Part shown: positions 10,332 through 19,640 of the stretch, piece after piece
Layout of the letters: each line of letters begins with the position of its first letter
Position numbering within the stretch: position 1 is the stretch's first letter
Assembly: GCA_016297265.1 (NCBI GenBank)
Contig: JAEDHB010000001.1
Location: 79,681-143,680, forward strand
Length of the DNA: 64,000 nt
Reading direction: 5' to 3'
Origin: Butyrivibrio sp.
GTDB taxonomy: Bacteria; Bacillota; Clostridia; Lachnospirales; Lachnospiraceae
Made by a program: the position numbers and the translations under genes
The notes under the pieces: generated by a model
The model's input: only the letters and a program-made list of their open reading frames with translations
The model's database searches: none
Told to the model about the DNA's origin: nothing

Positions 10332-11036
10332 CTAATAATTGTCCTTCAAAAGATTCAATTCCTCCGGAGTAAGCGGTCTCGATTCTCCCGGCATTAATTC
10401 CTCCGGCAGGTTAAGTCTGCCCATACTAATTCTTTTCAAATATATCACAGTACATCCAACCGCCTCCATCATTCTTTTTATCTGATGAAATTTCCCCTCG
10501 CTGATTGTGATGTATGCTTCGTTATTGCCCAGTAGTTCAAGTGTCGCCGGAAGTGCCGTAAACTCCTCATCAACCACAAGTCCCCCGGCAAATTTTTCTG
10601 CTGCAGCAGCATCAAGTCTGCCCTCAACTCTTACAAAATATTTTTTGTCCACATGTTTTTTCGGTGATAAAAGATTGTGTGACAGAGCTCCGTCATTTGT
10701 AATTATCAGCAATCCCTCGGTATCCTTGTCCAAACGTCCAACAGGGAATAAATCCCTCCTGCGGCAGTCAATCAAATCCAAAACGGTCTTTTCATGCTTG
10801 TCCGTTGTGGCAGTAATTACTCCGGCAGGTTTATTGAGAATATAGTATTCGTATTCAACATATTCGATAATTGTATTATCAACCATTACCTCATCCGCTT
10901 CAGTGTCTGCTTTTTCTGAGGCTGTGGCAACTGTTTTTCCGTTGATGGCCACCCTTTTTTGCTTAATGAGATTTTTGATTTCCTGACGGGTACCGATGCC
11001 CATGTCGGAAAGGAATTTGTCGATTCTGTATTTCAT
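10332..11036 (-). CDS. rsuA: RsuA-family pseudouridine synthase
   Basis: S4 domain RIDKFL; NKPAG; GRLDKDTEGLL; EGKFHQIKRM; start overlaps the upstream stop (TAATG). Confidence 0.9.
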   Translation of the reverse strand: MKYRIDKFLSDMGIGTRQEIKNLIKQKRVAINGKTVATASEKADTEADEVMVDNTIIEYVEYEYYILNKPAGVITATTDKHEKTVLDLIDCRRRDLFPVGRLDKDTEGLLIITNDGALSHNLLSPKKHVDKKYFVRVEGRLDAAAAEKFAGGLVVDEEFTALPATLELLGNNEAYITISEGKFHQIKRMMEAVGCTVIYLKRISMGRLNLPEELMPGESRPLTPEELNLLKDNY

Positions 11037-12385
11037 TACATTAATCTCCATCCCGGAAGATATTTATTCTTGATTGTCAATCCGTTGAGTTTGCCCCATC
11101 CAAGACTGAAATTGTCTACGGCAATAAGTACATTTTTGCTGTTGCCGCGCAGTGAAGCCTCCTCAATTTCAATGGTTTCACCCTTCAGATACTTGATTGT
11201 GTTGATATCGTCAGGACTAAGATTAACAACAGTACTGTAGTTTTCAGGCTTAATGTACATTGCCAGAGCCTGACTCGGCTCAAAGCGGTCCTTTTTCAAT
11301 TCTCCTAACAGCAGTCCGTTGCGAAGAATCCTCAACCCCTTAAGGTCTGTATTGCAATCACATTGCGAATATATTTTATCATTTATGATATGTATCGGAC
11401 CGGGCAGGTTTTCATAATCAAATTCCCGCAAAAAATCCTGCACAACGGCCGGCAGCTTTGAAATGTCAATATCGCGGGGCATATTGTTTTCCTGTAAAAC
11501 TCCGTTCCTTCTAAGAAGCGCAACAAAATGTCCCTCGCCGTCAAGGTGATGCGGAAATAATCTGATTGCCTCTTCCATTCCGAATGCCCGCACAAAGCCC
11601 TCGTAATCATATATTTTTTCAAGGAAAAAATCAGGATGGTTATCCAGAAAATCCCTGATATTATCCTCATCCTCAAGCCTTGAAAAAGTGCAGGTGGAAT
11701 AAAGTATTTTTCCTCCGGGCTTAAGCATATTGGCAGCGCTGTCCAGGATATTTTTCTGTATCGGTGCAAAATATTCCGGTCCGTTTGACTCCCATGCTTT
11801 AATCAGCTTGGAATCCTTGCGGAACATTCCCTCCCCTGAGCAAGGCGCATCCACCAGTATTTTATCAAAATATTCTTCAAAGCTGTTCTCGAGTTTTTGT
11901 GGATATTCGCAGGTAACAATAACATTGCCGATACCGAAGACTTCAATATTTTTAAGAAGAGCCTTGGCTCTTGATGCGCTGATGTCATTGGAAACCAGAA
12001 GTCCGGTATGCTTTAGTTTTGCACCAAGTTCAGTGCTCTTGCCTCCCGGTGCGGCACATAAATCAAGAACTCTTTCGCCCTCGTTGACATCCAGCACATA
12101 AGCCGGAGTCATGGCGCTTGGTTCCTGCAGGTAATATAATCCGGCAAAATAATACGGATGCTTGGAAGGCGTCACATTGCCCTCATAGTAAAATCCGTTT
12201 GGTATCCACGGAACAGGCTTTAATTCAAAAGGACTTATTTTCAAAAAATCCTCCACCGAAATCTTTTCCGTGTTGACTCTCAACCCATAAAGCCTCTCCT
12301 GCCCGAAACTCTCAATATATCTGTTTGTCTCTTCCTCGCCTAACAAATCCTTCATGGATTCCAGGTATTTTTGTGGTAACTGCAT
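11036..12385 (-). CDS. rsmF: RsmF/NOL1-family rRNA m5C methyltransferase
   Basis: YLQEPSAM, DLCAAPGGKS, DAPCSGEG, YSTCT. Confidence 0.9.
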   Translation of the reverse strand: MQLPQKYLESMKDLLGEEETNRYIESFGQERLYGLRVNTEKISVEDFLKISPFELKPVPWIPNGFYYEGNVTPSKHPYYFAGLYYLQEPSAMTPAYVLDVNEGERVLDLCAAPGGKSTELGAKLKHTGLLVSNDISASRAKALLKNIEVFGIGNVIVTCEYPQKLENSFEEYFDKILVDAPCSGEGMFRKDSKLIKAWESNGPEYFAPIQKNILDSAANMLKPGGKILYSTCTFSRLEDEDNIRDFLDNHPDFFLEKIYDYEGFVRAFGMEEAIRLFPHHLDGEGHFVALLRRNGVLQENNMPRDIDISKLPAVVQDFLREFDYENLPGPIHIINDKIYSQCDCNTDLKGLRILRNGLLLGELKKDRFEPSQALAMYIKPENYSTVVNLSPDDINTIKYLKGETIEIEEASLRGNSKNVLIAVDNFSLGWGKLNGLTIKNKYLPGWRLM

Positions 12386-12393
12386 ATTAACCT

Positions 12394-13194
12394 CTATTGA
12401 TTCTGAGCGCGATATCCCTCAGCAATAATATCAAGCTGTTTTGCAAAGCTTATAAGCTGCTCCAAATCATTTTGCTTGTATATTTCAAAAAATTCATCCT
12501 GAATCTTAACCACCTCACGCTTGTTGGCAACCTTATAAAGATTCTGGATATTGTTAAGTATCTCGGATACAATATTTGCCTGAATTATGAACGAGCTTTG
12601 GGCATCCATAATCTCGTCATGAATTGAAGACATTTCTTCATCCAACTTTAAGATTGCATCGGCGGCGGCATTAAGTCTTTTCTTGATATGTTCAGGAATG
12701 TTATGACGGTATTTGTACTGCAATGAATGTTCGATGGTTGCCCAAAAATTCATCGCAAGAGTTCTTATCTGGATTTCCGCAAAAATTTTACGTGTCCCCT
12801 CCATAGTCTCAACATTGTATGTAACAATCAGATGATAACTTCTGTAGCCACTTGGTTTGACATTTTCTATATAGTCCTTTTCCTGACGGATTTCCATGTC
12901 CGAACGGTTCTTAATTATCTCAACCACCTTGTAAATATCTTCAACAAACTGGCACATAATTCTGATACCCGCTATATCCTCAATCTCATTGGTAATATTC
13001 TCAATCGCAATATTTTTCTTGCGACATTTTTCAAGAATACTTGAGATGCTCTTAACTCTTCCGTTGACCGTTTCAATCGGAGAATACATATTTCTTGATC
13101 TGTAATCCTTGATAATGTGATTGAATTTTACCTCTAATTCCTGAACTGCCAGTTCATATGGCATCAGGATTTCTTTCCATAATTGAATTTCCAT
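12394..13194 (-). CDS. Small alarmone synthetase (RelQ/YjbM-like GTP pyrophosphokinase)
   Basis: GRVKS, EDIAGIR, KPSGYRSYH, EIQIRT, WATIEH; no hydrolase domain. Confidence 0.9.
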   Translation of the reverse strand: MEIQLWKEILMPYELAVQELEVKFNHIIKDYRSRNMYSPIETVNGRVKSISSILEKCRKKNIAIENITNEIEDIAGIRIMCQFVEDIYKVVEIIKNRSDMEIRQEKDYIENVKPSGYRSYHLIVTYNVETMEGTRKIFAEIQIRTLAMNFWATIEHSLQYKYRHNIPEHIKKRLNAAADAILKLDEEMSSIHDEIMDAQSSFIIQANIVSEILNNIQNLYKVANKREVVKIQDEFFEIYKQNDLEQLISFAKQLDIIAEGYRAQNQ

Positions 13195-13205
13195 ATAACT
13201 TACCC

Positions 13206-14642
13206 CTATAAATTTTCTAATAATTTAATTGTGAAATCATATACCCTTTTTGCCGAATCCAGACAAAGATTCTCATTGCAGGTATGCACATCGTACATAT
13301 CCGGACCGTAGGAAATAATATCAAGATTTGGGTTGCCTTCAAAAAACAGACCGCATTCAAGCCCGGCATGAATAGATGTAAACTTAGGTCGTGTATTGAA
13401 CATATCACTGTAAACCGACTCAATAACTTCCCTGAGTTTGGATTCCTGCTTGTATTCCCACGCCGGATAGTCGCCCGACTCCTCACAGTAGCCGCCAAGA
13501 TATTCCGTCAGAAATTCTATCTTATCGACAATATCTTTTTTGGCGCCGGATATCGAACTCCTTACGGCATAACCGAGTCTGAAATGTCCTGCTGAATACC
13601 TTAACACTCCCGGATTCAGGGATGTGATAACCAATTCAGGATTGTCTGCCTCACGGGCTGTTACGCCGTAAGGAAGCAGCCTTAACATACACAATATTTT
13701 TTCCCTGGTAAAATCATTGGCCACACCAAAAGTGCCTTCCGACATCCGGGCAACCGAAATATATATATTCGAATCAATATTCCGATATTCCAAAAGATAT
13801 TCCTTATTCTCTTTCTCGCATGCAAGAACAACATTGTCATAATCCGACGGGTCAATAACAATCTCAGCTGTACATTTTGGGCAGATTGCATTGTCCACAT
13901 CTCCGCCGTGCAAATTACTGATGTAATAATCAACAGTTTCGTCCAGCTTTGCCAACAGCCTTCCCATTAAAATATTGGCTGATGCCCGTCCCAGATGGAT
14001 ATCCGAGCCGGAATGACCGCCATTAAGCCCATCAATGCACAAAGAGATTTTGAGGCCCTCAAAATCGGTCTCCTCATTGTCCAGACAGAGGTCCACCCTG
14101 ACACCGCCCGCACAGGCAGTCAGAAAATATCCCTCCTCCTCAGAATCAAGATTAATCAGATATTTTCCCTTAAGTCTGCTCGCATCAAAGGCTTTGGCTC
14201 CCAAAAGTCCAACCTCTTCATCGACTGTAAAAAGAGCTTCAATCGGAGGATGTTTAAGAGAGTCGTCCTCAAGAATTGCAAGCATATAAGCAACGGCAAT
14301 TCCGTTGTCTGCTCCAAGGGTTGTCCCGGCAGCTGATATATAGCCCTTCTTCGGTTTATCAAAAATTATTTCAATAGGATCCGTCAAAAAATCGTGCTCC
14401 GAACCCGAAGCTTTTGCCCCGACCATATCAATATGTCCCTGAAGTATTACACCCTCATGCTCCTCATAGCCCTCGGAGGCCTGCTTACTAATCAGCACAT
14501 TACCTGCCCCGTCAGAGTAATACTCAAGCTTCATATCTTTTGCGAACTGAATAAGGAAATCACTCAGTTCTTTTGTATTATGTGAAATGTGCGGAATGCC
14601 GCATATTTTTTCAAAATAGTAAAAAACACGGGAATTTTTCAA
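13206..14642 (-). CDS. pepD: Aminoacyl-histidine dipeptidase (M20)
   Basis: QGHIDMV, LGADNG, DEEVG, NLDSEE, GGHSG, HAGLECG; TTG start. Confidence 0.9.
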   Translation of the reverse strand: MKNSRVFYYFEKICGIPHISHNTKELSDFLIQFAKDMKLEYYSDGAGNVLISKQASEGYEEHEGVILQGHIDMVGAKASGSEHDFLTDPIEIIFDKPKKGYISAAGTTLGADNGIAVAYMLAILEDDSLKHPPIEALFTVDEEVGLLGAKAFDASRLKGKYLINLDSEEEGYFLTACAGGVRVDLCLDNEETDFEGLKISLCIDGLNGGHSGSDIHLGRASANILMGRLLAKLDETVDYYISNLHGGDVDNAICPKCTAEIVIDPSDYDNVVLACEKENKEYLLEYRNIDSNIYISVARMSEGTFGVANDFTREKILCMLRLLPYGVTAREADNPELVITSLNPGVLRYSAGHFRLGYAVRSSISGAKKDIVDKIEFLTEYLGGYCEESGDYPAWEYKQESKLREVIESVYSDMFNTRPKFTSIHAGLECGLFFEGNPNLDIISYGPDMYDVHTCNENLCLDSAKRVYDFTIKLLENL

Positions 14643-14736
14643 CTGCTTTTCACCTCTGTTTCAAATTGGTATCTGTCTGCAAAAATACAAACTACACCAA
14701 ATAATATAATGCCACAAAATCCCGAAAAAATCAATC

Positions 14737-14765
14737 GAATAAAGCACTATCCGCCTTAATATATT
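14737..14765 (+). promoter_or_regulatory. Putative sporulation sigma (sigmaE-like) promoter
   Basis: GAATAAA-14 bp-AATATATT directly upstream of the ylbJ-like gene. Confidence 0.4.
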
Positions 14766-14770
14766 GAAAT

Positions 14771-15679
14771 ATGAACAGAAAAATAATATCTTTTGCGCTG
14801 GCAGGATTATTTATTCTGCTTTTTATCAAGAACGACATAGTTGCCAAAGGGATAACTGATGGTTTTGAGTTGTGGTACAGGGCTGTAATTCCCGCGCTGT
14901 TCCCCTATATGCTCTTAGGAAGTATTGTCATAAACGGAGGTTACGGATATGCCTTCAGACTCGTCGGAATCCCACTGTGCAAAATACTGAGAACCGGCAG
15001 GGACAATTCCTTTTGTATTGTTGCAGGAATGCTTTTTGGGCTGCCGGCAGGTTCTGTTTTTGCAAATGAAATGTATGAAAACAAAATGTCAGACAGGGAT
15101 AATGCCGAATTTATCGTATGTTGTTTTAATAATATCAGCCCGGCCTTCATAATAGGTTATCTCTGCAGGTATATCATACAAACCGAGAAAACAATAATTA
15201 TTATGACACTCTATTTTATGACAATTATTTTCAGTGCAATTATTATTCGATATACAATTTTCCGTTCCATTAAAATACCGACTTCCGACAATTCCCGGAC
15301 AATGATTTCAAAGCCCGACTATCTCCATATTATCAGAAAAACTATATGGAACCTTGTCAAAATCGGTTTGTGGATTGTGCTGTTTTCTGTTCTTGGTGAA
15401 ATCCTAAGACATTCAGAACCCGGTAAATATCTATCAATGCTTTTGGAAATAACAACCGGACTCAGACGTGGTAAAGATGTAATAACAGACGAAAAATTAC
15501 TGGTTGCAGTAAGCTTTGCAGTCAGTGTTTTCGGCGGATTCTGTGCAATATTCCAGACCAAAACCGCAGTGTCGGAAAAGATTTTCTCAATAAAAAAATA
15601 CATATACAGCAAGCTCATAGCAACCTTTGTTGCTATAATCATTATTGTGCCTGCGGTATATGTATTAGAAATTATATAA
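14771..15679 (+). CDS. YlbJ-like sporulation integral membrane protein (Gate domain)
   Basis: G..LW...VIPALFPY, G..FGLPAG, NNISPAF, LLEITTG, FGGFC...Q; convergent with the coiled-coil gene as is usual in Clostridia. Confidence 0.75.
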   Translation: MNRKIISFALAGLFILLFIKNDIVAKGITDGFELWYRAVIPALFPYMLLGSIVINGGYGYAFRLVGIPLCKILRTGRDNSFCIVAGMLFGLPAGSVFANEMYENKMSDRDNAEFIVCCFNNISPAFIIGYLCRYIIQTEKTIIIMTLYFMTIIFSAIIIRYTIFRSIKIPTSDNSRTMISKPDYLHIIRKTIWNLVKIGLWIVLFSVLGEILRHSEPGKYLSMLLEITTGLRRGKDVITDEKLLVAVSFAVSVFGGFCAIFQTKTAVSEKIFSIKKYIYSKLIATFVAIIIIVPAVYVLEII

Positions 15680-15681
15680 TA

Positions 15682-16296
15682 TTAGTCATCATCTTCTTCG
15701 GAAATAACTTCCTTAACTGTTGCTGCAAGATTCTCCTCAACTTCCATTGATTCTTCAGGTTCGCCCTTAAGCTCTTTGCGGTTTGCCGCAACAATATTGA
15801 GGTCCTTCTGAAGGGAAGCAATAAGGGAATCAAACTTACTCTTGGAGCTCTCAAGGGAATGCTCGATAATCATTTGAAGATTAGCCAACATATCATCCGT
15901 ATATTGGATGGCTCCCATTCTGATATTGTTAGCATCCTCCTGCGCATTATCAACAATCATCTGAGCCTGTGCTCTTGCACTTTCGATACATGCATTAGCT
16001 TGTTCATAAGCTCTCTGCATAATCTCATGTTCATTGATAAGCTCCTCAGTCTGAATCTTAGCCTCGCGAATCATCATATCCGCCTGTTCTTTCGCATCAG
16101 CTAAAATCGCATCCTTGTTGCTGATTAACTTCTGGTATTTCTTAATCTCATCAGGTGTCTTCAATCTGAGTTCGTCGATGAATTCGGTAATTGTCTCTTT
16201 GTCAACACTAATCTTGGAGCCTGAAAATGCAACTGCTCTACAGCCTGCAAGATAATCCTCCAATTCATCAATAATATGTTCTAATCTGCTGCTCAT
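15682..16296 (-). CDS. Conserved coiled-coil protein (DivIVA/ATPase-subunit-like, normally next to coaD)
   Basis: IDELE..., LRLKTPDEIK, ELINEHEI, GAIQYTDDML heptad-rich sequence. Confidence 0.7.
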   Translation of the reverse strand: MSSRLEHIIDELEDYLAGCRAVAFSGSKISVDKETITEFIDELRLKTPDEIKKYQKLISNKDAILADAKEQADMMIREAKIQTEELINEHEIMQRAYEQANACIESARAQAQMIVDNAQEDANNIRMGAIQYTDDMLANLQMIIEHSLESSKSKFDSLIASLQKDLNIVAANRKELKGEPEESMEVEENLAATVKEVISEEDDD

Positions 16297-16401
16297 AGTC
16301 GTTCTCCCTCTAAGCCATCCCCCAAAAATAACGATTAAAGGCGGGACATACTAAACTTTTCAATTTATAATATCACTTATATTGATTTCTGACAATATTT
16401 T

Positions 16402-16953
16402 TTATATAAAACGGATAAAAACATGCTGATTTGTCTTGTATTTTTTGGTTCTGTACACCTCCATGCCAAGGTCTGCAACAAAGTCAAATCCGGTGTCAAG
16501 TGCCGCTTCAACAATAATAATGGTATCTTCGTGGGCTATATTATTTTTGGCAATTGTTTCAAGCACACGTTCCTCAAGTCCTGCCTTATATGGTGGGTCC
16601 ATAAAAATAATATCAAACGAATATCTGCCCTTAAGCTTGGGAATTGCCGTAAAAACATCCTCTTCAAGGCATTCAGACTCATTCTCAAATCTCGTGAATT
16701 TGATATTTTCACGTATGCAGGCAATCGCATTTCTGTTTTTTTCGATGAGCACGGCTCTACCCGCGCCCCGGCTCAATGCCTCAATGGCGATGCCTCCGCT
16801 TCCGGAAAAAATATCAAGAAATGTACAATCATAAATATTATTATTGATTATATTGAATAAAGTCTCCTTGGTTCTGTCCTGCGTAGGTCTTGTATCCATC
16901 CCTGTCGGGGCTTTCAAGGGCAGGCTTCGTCTGCTTCCGGCTATAACTCTCAT
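16402..16953 (-). CDS. rsmD: 16S rRNA m2G966 methyltransferase
   Basis: MRVIAG, RPTQDRTKETLFN, DIFSGSG, EALSRGA, DPPY. Confidence 0.93.
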   Translation of the reverse strand: MRVIAGSRRSLPLKAPTGMDTRPTQDRTKETLFNIINNNIYDCTFLDIFSGSGGIAIEALSRGAGRAVLIEKNRNAIACIRENIKFTRFENESECLEEDVFTAIPKLKGRYSFDIIFMDPPYKAGLEERVLETIAKNNIAHEDTIIIVEAALDTGFDFVADLGMEVYRTKKYKTNQHVFIRFI

Positions 16954-16965
16954 ATCCAACCTCGT

Positions 16966-17571
16966 CTAGTAATATTTTTTTGCATAATCAATTAATTCGA
17001 AATTACCGCCATTGATTTCATAGCTTGAAATACTGCAATTTTTAGGGAATGGTCCATCCCAGTAATCCTTCAGTTCACGATGCAAAAGAATGAGTGCGAT
17101 CGCATTATTCATCGAGCCATGTGCAACAATCATCATTGATTCGTATTTCGCAGAGTTTGGAATTACTACATCATCAATAAAGGATTGTGCTCTTTTTATC
17201 ACAGCCTCAAAGGTCTCTCCACCCTCCGCCGGAACATATTTTTCCGGTGCATTAAAAAAATTAAAGAAATCTTCGGGTATTCTTTCCTTTGCAACACCCT
17301 CAAGTACTCCAAAACCCATTTCCTCAAGCCGGTTGTCGATAATGATGTCCGCATTTCTTCCCTCACGGATGATTTCTGCCGTGGTTATTGCCCTCGTCAG
17401 CGGACTTGAATAAATCACATCAATAGGAATATCCTTAATTGCTGCAGCGGTGATTTTTGCAAGCTCTATTCCGTTTTCATTGAGGGGAATATCATGTTTT
17501 CCCTGAAGTTTTCTGGCTTTATTATAATCTGTTTCGCCATGTCTCATCACATATAAAATCATAACAATCAC
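16966..17571 (-). CDS. Histidine phosphatase (phosphoglycerate mutase family)
   Basis: RHGET, SSPLTRA, GGET, VAHG; start overlaps the recG stop. Confidence 0.9.
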   Translation of the reverse strand: MIVMILYVMRHGETDYNKARKLQGKHDIPLNENGIELAKITAAAIKDIPIDVIYSSPLTRAITTAEIIREGRNADIIIDNRLEEMGFGVLEGVAKERIPEDFFNFFNAPEKYVPAEGGETFEAVIKRAQSFIDDVVIPNSAKYESMMIVAHGSMNNAIALILLHRELKDYWDGPFPKNCSISSYEINGGNFELIDYAKKYY

Positions 17572-19625
17572 AGATTCAAGTTATTCATTCTTGAATCAAC
17601 ATACTCCTTCAATTCTAAAATCAAACCTTCATCCAACCCCATATCAATGGATTCCTTTGCACATGCAGATGCTTTTTTGAGAGTTTCACTATCCACAAAA
17701 ATATCAGCTAACTTAAAGCCGAATTCTCCGCTCTGCCTTTCGCCCAGAATATCTCCCGGTCCCCTCAATTTCAAATCCTGCTCCGATATATAGAAGCCAT
17801 CATTGCTTTCTTTCAAAATATTAAGTCTTTCTTTGGTAACTGCATTATTACTGTTGCTTACAAATATGCAATAAGCCTGGTCATCCTTTCTTCCCACCCT
17901 GCCTCTGAGCTGATGGAGTGCCGCAAGTCCGAATCTTTCAGCATTCTCAATCATCATAACCGTGGCATTGGGAACATTGATTCCCACTTCAATAACCGTG
18001 GTTGATACCAGAATATTTATTTTACCTTCGCTGAATTCTTCAATGATTCTGTTCTTTTCCTTTGCCGGCAATTTGCCATGGAGGTATTCAATCACAACCT
18101 CCGGAGGAAATTCTTTTCGAATTTTATTGCTGTATTCCACAACATTTTCAAGTTCCGAATCTTCCTCTTCATTTTCTGACGGTTTTGCCATCGAACATAT
18201 GATATATGCCTGGTGTCCTTTATCCAGTTCTCTTTGAATAAATCGATAGGCATTCGGTCTGTAGGTGTCATCGACCACACAATTCTTAATTGGCAGTCGC
18301 ATCGCAGGTTTTTCGTCAATAACCGATACTTCCAAATCCGCATACAGAATAAGAGCTAACGAACGCGGAATAGGAGTTGCACTCATTACCATAATATGGG
18401 GGATTCTGCCATCCTGTTCGCCCTTTTTATGCAGTGCTTCACGCTGGCGGACTCCAAATCTGTGCTGCTCATCCGTGACAACAAGTCCAAGCTTATGAAA
18501 TTCAACATTGTCAGTAATAACCGCATGTGTACCAATTATTATCTGCACTTTCCCTCTTCGGCATTCCTCCTTAACATTATTTTTTGCCGATGCCGTCAGC
18601 GAACCCGTGAGGAGTGCACATTCTACGGGCAGATTGTTTTTTTCGATAATATCACAAATCGTCTCATAATGCTGTCTTGCAAGGACCTCCGTAGGCGCCA
18701 TCATTGCACACTGGTATCCCAAATAACAGCAATCCATCATTGCAAGTATTGCAATAATTGTTTTGCCGGAACCGACATCACCCTGAACAAGGCGGTTCAT
18801 TGTCTGTTTTCCCGACATATCCCGAATAATTTCATCATACACTCTTGCCTGGGCTCCGGTGAGTTCGTACCCTAAGTTTGCAAGAATTGTTGCAGAATAC
18901 GGACTTTTCTCCACATGTATAGAGTTATTTGCAATAATTGATTCATTTTTAATGTTTCTGATTGCCAGAGAAAATAAGAAGAATTCCTCAAAAACAATTC
19001 TCTCCCTGGCTTTTTTCAATGTCTCAAAATTATCAGGAAAATGCATTGCACGGATAGCTTCTCCGTGGCTCATCAAATTCTCACGCTCCACAAATTTACC
19101 CGGTATAGACTCCTGTGGGTCTCTATATTCATCAATAACCTGCTTTATTGTCTTTTTTACAAGATTATTGGTCAGACCCGCACAGAGATGGTATATTGGC
19201 TGCAATGAATCCATCAGCTTATCATACTCATTATATGTATACATCTTAGGTTGTTCCATTAAAACGAGGTTGCCTTTAAAAGCAACCTCACCTCTGAATA
19301 CATATTTACAACCGGGTTTAAGCGTATTCTTCAGAAATGGCATATTAAAAAATGTTACTGTGATTTGCCCGCCGCACTCATCCGCAATTCTAACTTTAAG
19401 AATGGATAATTTGCCGTGTTTTGTGAGTGTGCAGGAGGAACAAACGGTTCCCCACAGACTGTAAACCCTGCATTCTGTCATATCCTTGACAAAAACAGGT
19501 TTCTCAAATATGTCATATTTTCTAGGGAAAAAATTAAGCAAATCATCCGTGGTAAATACACCAATCTTATTGAAAAGCTGTTCAGTTTTAGCGCCGATAC
19601 CTTTCAATCCGCTTAACTTCATCAA
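17568..19625 (-). CDS. recG: ATP-dependent DNA helicase RecG
   Basis: QGDVGSGKT, DEQHRFG, SATPIPR, QLRGRVGR, DLKLRGPG. Confidence 0.97.
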   Translation of the reverse strand: MMKLSGLKGIGAKTEQLFNKIGVFTTDDLLNFFPRKYDIFEKPVFVKDMTECRVYSLWGTVCSSCTLTKHGKLSILKVRIADECGGQITVTFFNMPFLKNTLKPGCKYVFRGEVAFKGNLVLMEQPKMYTYNEYDKLMDSLQPIYHLCAGLTNNLVKKTIKQVIDEYRDPQESIPGKFVERENLMSHGEAIRAMHFPDNFETLKKARERIVFEEFFLFSLAIRNIKNESIIANNSIHVEKSPYSATILANLGYELTGAQARVYDEIIRDMSGKQTMNRLVQGDVGSGKTIIAILAMMDCCYLGYQCAMMAPTEVLARQHYETICDIIEKNNLPVECALLTGSLTASAKNNVKEECRRGKVQIIIGTHAVITDNVEFHKLGLVVTDEQHRFGVRQREALHKKGEQDGRIPHIMVMSATPIPRSLALILYADLEVSVIDEKPAMRLPIKNCVVDDTYRPNAYRFIQRELDKGHQAYIICSMAKPSENEEEDSELENVVEYSNKIRKEFPPEVVIEYLHGKLPAKEKNRIIEEFSEGKINILVSTTVIEVGINVPNATVMMIENAERFGLAALHQLRGRVGRKDDQAYCIFVSNSNNAVTKERLNILKESNDGFYISEQDLKLRGPGDILGERQSGEFGFKLADIFVDSETLKKASACAKESIDMGLDEGLILELKEYVDSRMNNLNL

Positions 19626-19640
19626 TACGCTCCCTCTGTT

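Noticed and set aside
12394..13194. Possible toxSAS toxin-antitoxin system
   Set aside because: Housekeeping RelQ-like sequence in a core operon with no adjacent antitoxin; the HD gene is about 22 kb away
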